Shown piece by piece: positions 56,533 to 59,495 of a DNA stretch of 59,495 nt. Origin of the DNA: Spirochaetota bacterium (GTDB lineage Bacteria; Spirochaetota; JAHITG01; JAFGFC01); NCBI GenBank assembly GCA_016931325.1, contig JAFGFC010000090.1, positions 1-59,495 of the forward strand, given 5' to 3'. Made by a program: the position numbers and the translations under genes. The notes beneath the pieces were generated by a model, which was given only the letters and a program-made list of their open reading frames with translations, was not told the DNA's origin and ran no database searches. The first letter of the stretch is position 1; the number at the start of each line of letters is the position of its first letter.

Positions 56533-56795
56533 ACGAACAGGATGATCGTCGGGTCGAATCCCCAGGGATGGAAAGGATTCGACCAAGAACAGGATGATCG
56601 TCGGGTCCAATCTACAGGATGTAGATTGGATCGGATCTTCATGGACGAAAAGGATCCGATCAATCCCTCCCCTGCAATTTGGCCCTCTGGAATTTCTTCG
56701 AAATTCCAAGGATTAAGTCCTGGAAATTTCTTTTCAAGAAATTTCACAGGAAAGATTTTCACGGGGCCAATAATGCTACGCATTGCACGGGACAA
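56533..56795. repeat. Mosaic palindromic repeat cluster B (same family as cluster A, inverted)
   Basis: 21-bp direct repeat GAACAGGATGATCGTCGGGTC (56535-56555, 56587-56607); 56703-56750 is the reverse complement of 43564-43611 except at the hairpin tip. Confidence 0.85.
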
Positions 56796-56815
56796 TCTCT
56801 AAGGATGGTAATAAT

Positions 56816-56845
56816 AAAAAAACCGATGGGCTTGCAGCCCATCGG
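56816..56845 (-). terminator. Rho-independent terminator of ppdK
   Basis: 10-bp stem CCGATGGGCT/AGCCCATCGG, 3-nt loop, T7 on the minus strand, a few nt after the stop. Confidence 0.85.
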
Positions 56846-56852
56846 CCTTGAT

Positions 56853-59495
56853 CTATTTCTTTTTTGACTTTTTCGCAGTCTTTTTTGGCTTTTTTTCTTC
56901 AAGCACGGCCTGAGCGGCGGCTAATCGGGCAATGGGAACTCTGTACGGTGAACAACTGACATAATCTAATCCTGTTCTATGACAGAACTTGACAGATCGG
57001 GGTTCACCTCCGTGTTCTCCACAGATACCGATCTTTAAATTCTTCCGTGTCTTTCTCCCCAGTTTCACAGCCGTATCCACCAGCCTTCCGACTCCTCCCT
57101 GGTCAAGCACCTGGAACGGATCATATTCATAGATACCCATCTCCACGTATTCTCCCAGAAATTTACCGGCATCATCTCTGGAGAAACCACAGCCCATCTG
57201 GGTCAGGTCATTGGTACCGAAAGAGAAGAATTCCGCTTCTTCAGCGATCTCATCAGCGGTTATGGCGGCCCGGGGTACTTCGATCATCGTTCCTATCTTG
57301 TAATCCAGGGTTGTCTTTTTTATATTGTTTTCCTGAAATACTTTCTGGATGACTTCTTCAGCCTGCTTTGTGGTTATACTCAGTTCCTTTACATGTCCTA
57401 CAAGAGGGATCATGATCTCCGGGTGAACCGGAATGCCCTCTTTTTTCACATTAATGGCGGCCTCCATAATGGCCCTGACCTGCATGGCCGATACTTCAGG
57501 ATAGGTTAAACCCAGGCGGCATCCTCTATGGCCTAACATCGGGTTGAATTCATGCAACTGCTCTACTGTTTCTTTAATCATAGAAACAGTCACATTCATG
57601 GTCTCGGCCATTTCCTGTTGCCCTGCATCATCATGCGGTAAAAATTCATGCAAAGGCGGATCAAGTAACCTTATCGTACAGGGTCTGCCTTTTAAAGCTC
57701 TGAATATACCCATAAAATCTGAACGCTGAAGGGGTAACAGCTCGTTTAACGCCTTGTTATATTGCTCTAAAGGTTGCTTTAATTTTTCTTCTATGCTTTT
57801 CTTCTGCTGTGGGTTCTCTGTCTGAGCCAGTTGTTCTTTCAAGGATTTGACTGTCTCAGCCACAAGGATAAGCCTGCGGAAACTGATGATCCTGTCCCCT
57901 TCAAAGAACATATGCTCTGTACGGGTCAGACCAATACCTTCCGCTCCGAATTTTACAGCTACCTCTGTATCATGAGGGGTATCAGCATTAGTCCTGACTC
58001 CCAGCTTTCTTGTTTTATCAGCCCATTTCATAAGAATACCGAAATTTCCTGAAAGAGATGGCTCTACTGTTTTTATTTTATCCAGATAGACATTACCCAA
58101 TGAACCATTTAAACTGATCCAGTCCCCTTCTTTTACGGTCTTGCTGCCTGCACGGAATTGTTTATTAGTATAATCCACAATAATATCACCGGCTCCGGCG
58201 ACACAGCATTTTCCCATTCCTCTGGCCACAACAGCGGCATGTGATGTCATACCACCACGGGCTGTCAAAATCCCTTTGGCCGCATTCATACCACCAATAT
58301 CTTCCGGACTGGTCTCGATCCGGCAAAGGATCACTGTCTCACCTCTGGCTGCCCATGCTTCGGCATCATCGGCATTGAAGACCACCCTACCCGAGGCAGC
58401 GCCGGGTGAAGCGGGTAATCCTCTGGTGATCTTTTCTGCATTTTTTTCTGCGTCAGGATCAAACGTGGGATGCAACAGCTGGTCAAGATCATTTGGATTG
58501 ATTCGCATGATGGCCTGTTCAGGAGTTATCAGTTTTTCCTTTACCATTTCTACGGCCATTCTCACCGCCGCCTCCGCTGTTCTTTTTCCTGTTCTGGTCT
58601 GTAACATATACAGGGTTCTATCTTCAATGGTAAACTCTATATCCTGCATATCATGATAATGTTTTTCAAGAGTGCTTCTTACTTTTAACAACTGATTGTA
58701 TGCCTTGGGCATCTGTTTTCCGAGATCTGATATGGGTTCGGGAGTTCTGATCCCGGCCACAACATCTTCGCCCTGCGCATTCATCAGGAATTCTCCATAA
58801 AATTTATTTTCACCGGTAGATGGATTACGAGTAAAGCAAACTCCGGTACCGGACGTTTCTCCCATATTTCCAAAAACCATGGTCTGAACATTAACCGCCG
58901 TTCCCAAAAGTCCTTTGATATCATTGATGGCTCTGTATTTTATGGCTCTGGGATTATTCCATGAACCAAATACAGCATCAATTGATTTATGTAACTGCTC
59001 ACGGGGGTCGGTTGGGAAATCTTCTTTTGTATATTTCCTGTAGACGGCCATATATTCTTTTACAACGTTTTTCAGATCCTGGGTTTTGAGCTGCGTATCT
59101 AATTTGGCATTGGCACTTTTTTTAACGCGGTCAAGGGCATGTTCAAATTCATCATGAGGGACATTCATAACGACATCACCGAACATCTGGATGAACCTTC
59201 TATAAGCATCCCAACCGAACCGCTCATTATTGCTTTTCTTGATAATGGCCTGTAACGTTTCCTCATTTAAGCCCAGATTCAGAACGGTATCCATCATCCC
59301 CGGCATGGAAACAGCCGCTCCGGAGCGAACAGAAACGAGCAAAGGATTGGTACCATAACCGAAAGTTTTCCCTGTCACTTTTTCCAGTTTTTTCAGGGCT
59401 TCTTCCACCTGCTTTTCCAGACCAGCCGGCCATTTCTTACCGGCTTTATAGAACATTTCGCAGGCTTCTGTCGAGATTGTAAACCCTTCGGGTAC
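56853..59495 (-). CDS. ppdK: Pyruvate phosphate dikinase (5' end outside the window)
   Basis: PLLVSVRSGA..SMPGMMDT, NAQGEDVVAG, GGMTSHAAVVARG phospho-His, NPMLGHRGCR, SFGTNDLTQ, GICGEHGG; frame open to the window edge (PEGFTIS). Confidence 0.97.
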   Translation of the reverse strand, partial: VPEGFTISTEACEMFYKAGKKWPAGLEKQVEEALKKLEKVTGKTFGYGTNPLLVSVRSGAAVSMPGMMDTVLNLGLNEETLQAIIKKSNNERFGWDAYRRFIQMFGDVVMNVPHDEFEHALDRVKKSANAKLDTQLKTQDLKNVVKEYMAVYRKYTKEDFPTDPREQLHKSIDAVFGSWNNPRAIKYRAINDIKGLLGTAVNVQTMVFGNMGETSGTGVCFTRNPSTGENKFYGEFLMNAQGEDVVAGIRTPEPISDLGKQMPKAYNQLLKVRSTLEKHYHDMQDIEFTIEDRTLYMLQTRTGKRTAEAAVRMAVEMVKEKLITPEQAIMRINPNDLDQLLHPTFDPDAEKNAEKITRGLPASPGAASGRVVFNADDAEAWAARGETVILCRIETSPEDIGGMNAAKGILTARGGMTSHAAVVARGMGKCCVAGAGDIIVDYTNKQFRAGSKTVKEGDWISLNGSLGNVYLDKIKTVEPSLSGNFGILMKWADKTRKLGVRTNADTPHDTEVAVKFGAEGIGLTRTEHMFFEGDRIISFRRLILVAETVKSLKEQLAQTENPQQKKSIEEKLKQPLEQYNKALNELLPLQRSDFMGIFRALKGRPCTIRLLDPPLHEFLPHDDAGQQEMAETMNVTVSMIKETVEQLHEFNPMLGHRGCRLGLTYPEVSAMQVRAIMEAAINVKKEGIPVHPEIMIPLVGHVKELSITTKQAEEVIQKVFQENNIKKTTLDYKIGTMIEVPRAAITADEIAEEAEFFSFGTNDLTQMGCGFSRDDAGKFLGEYVEMGIYEYDPFQVLDQGGVGRLVDTAVKLGRKTRKNLKIGICGEHGGEPRSVKFCHRTGLDYVSCSPYRVPIARLAAAQAVLEEKKPKKTAKKSKKK

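Noticed and set aside
56535-56632. Mini-CRISPR (21-bp direct repeat with a 31-nt gap)
   Set aside because: Only two repeats, and the gap is a hairpin homologous to cluster A rather than foreign sequence

Overview
A 59.5-kb AT-rich chromosomal segment, most likely from an uncultured diderm spirochaete (inferred from two tandem FlaA flagellar-sheath genes and a TonB-dependent receptor). Most of it is housekeeping: pabB-pabC fusion, prmC/prfA, rsmD, recG, queC, U32 protein, fabD/fabH, MalK-type ATPase, gltX, coaX, pgsA-like, ackA, ilvE and a partial ppdK. The standout is a 17-kb co-directional accessory locus (7003-23822). It encodes three large exported beta-helix/Ig proteins ending in T9SS-like C-terminal sorting domains, two PorV-like barrel genes (one fused to OmpA-like, TPR and TolB_N/FlgO-like domains), an ECF sigma factor, a FecR/PQQ-propeller anti-sigma, and a 65-aa stand-alone sorting-domain micro-protein. 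The first and last genes share an identical 22-bp promoter-like element. Also notable: two dispersed mosaics of covarying hairpins in transcriptionally silent gaps (43.5 and 56.5 kb), heptamer-repeat hairpins on both sides of recG, a [S/T]-N dipeptide bias in exported proteins, and several apparently leaderless housekeeping promoters. No rRNA, tRNA, CRISPR array or transposase was seen. All family calls were made by eye from motifs; no database searches were run.
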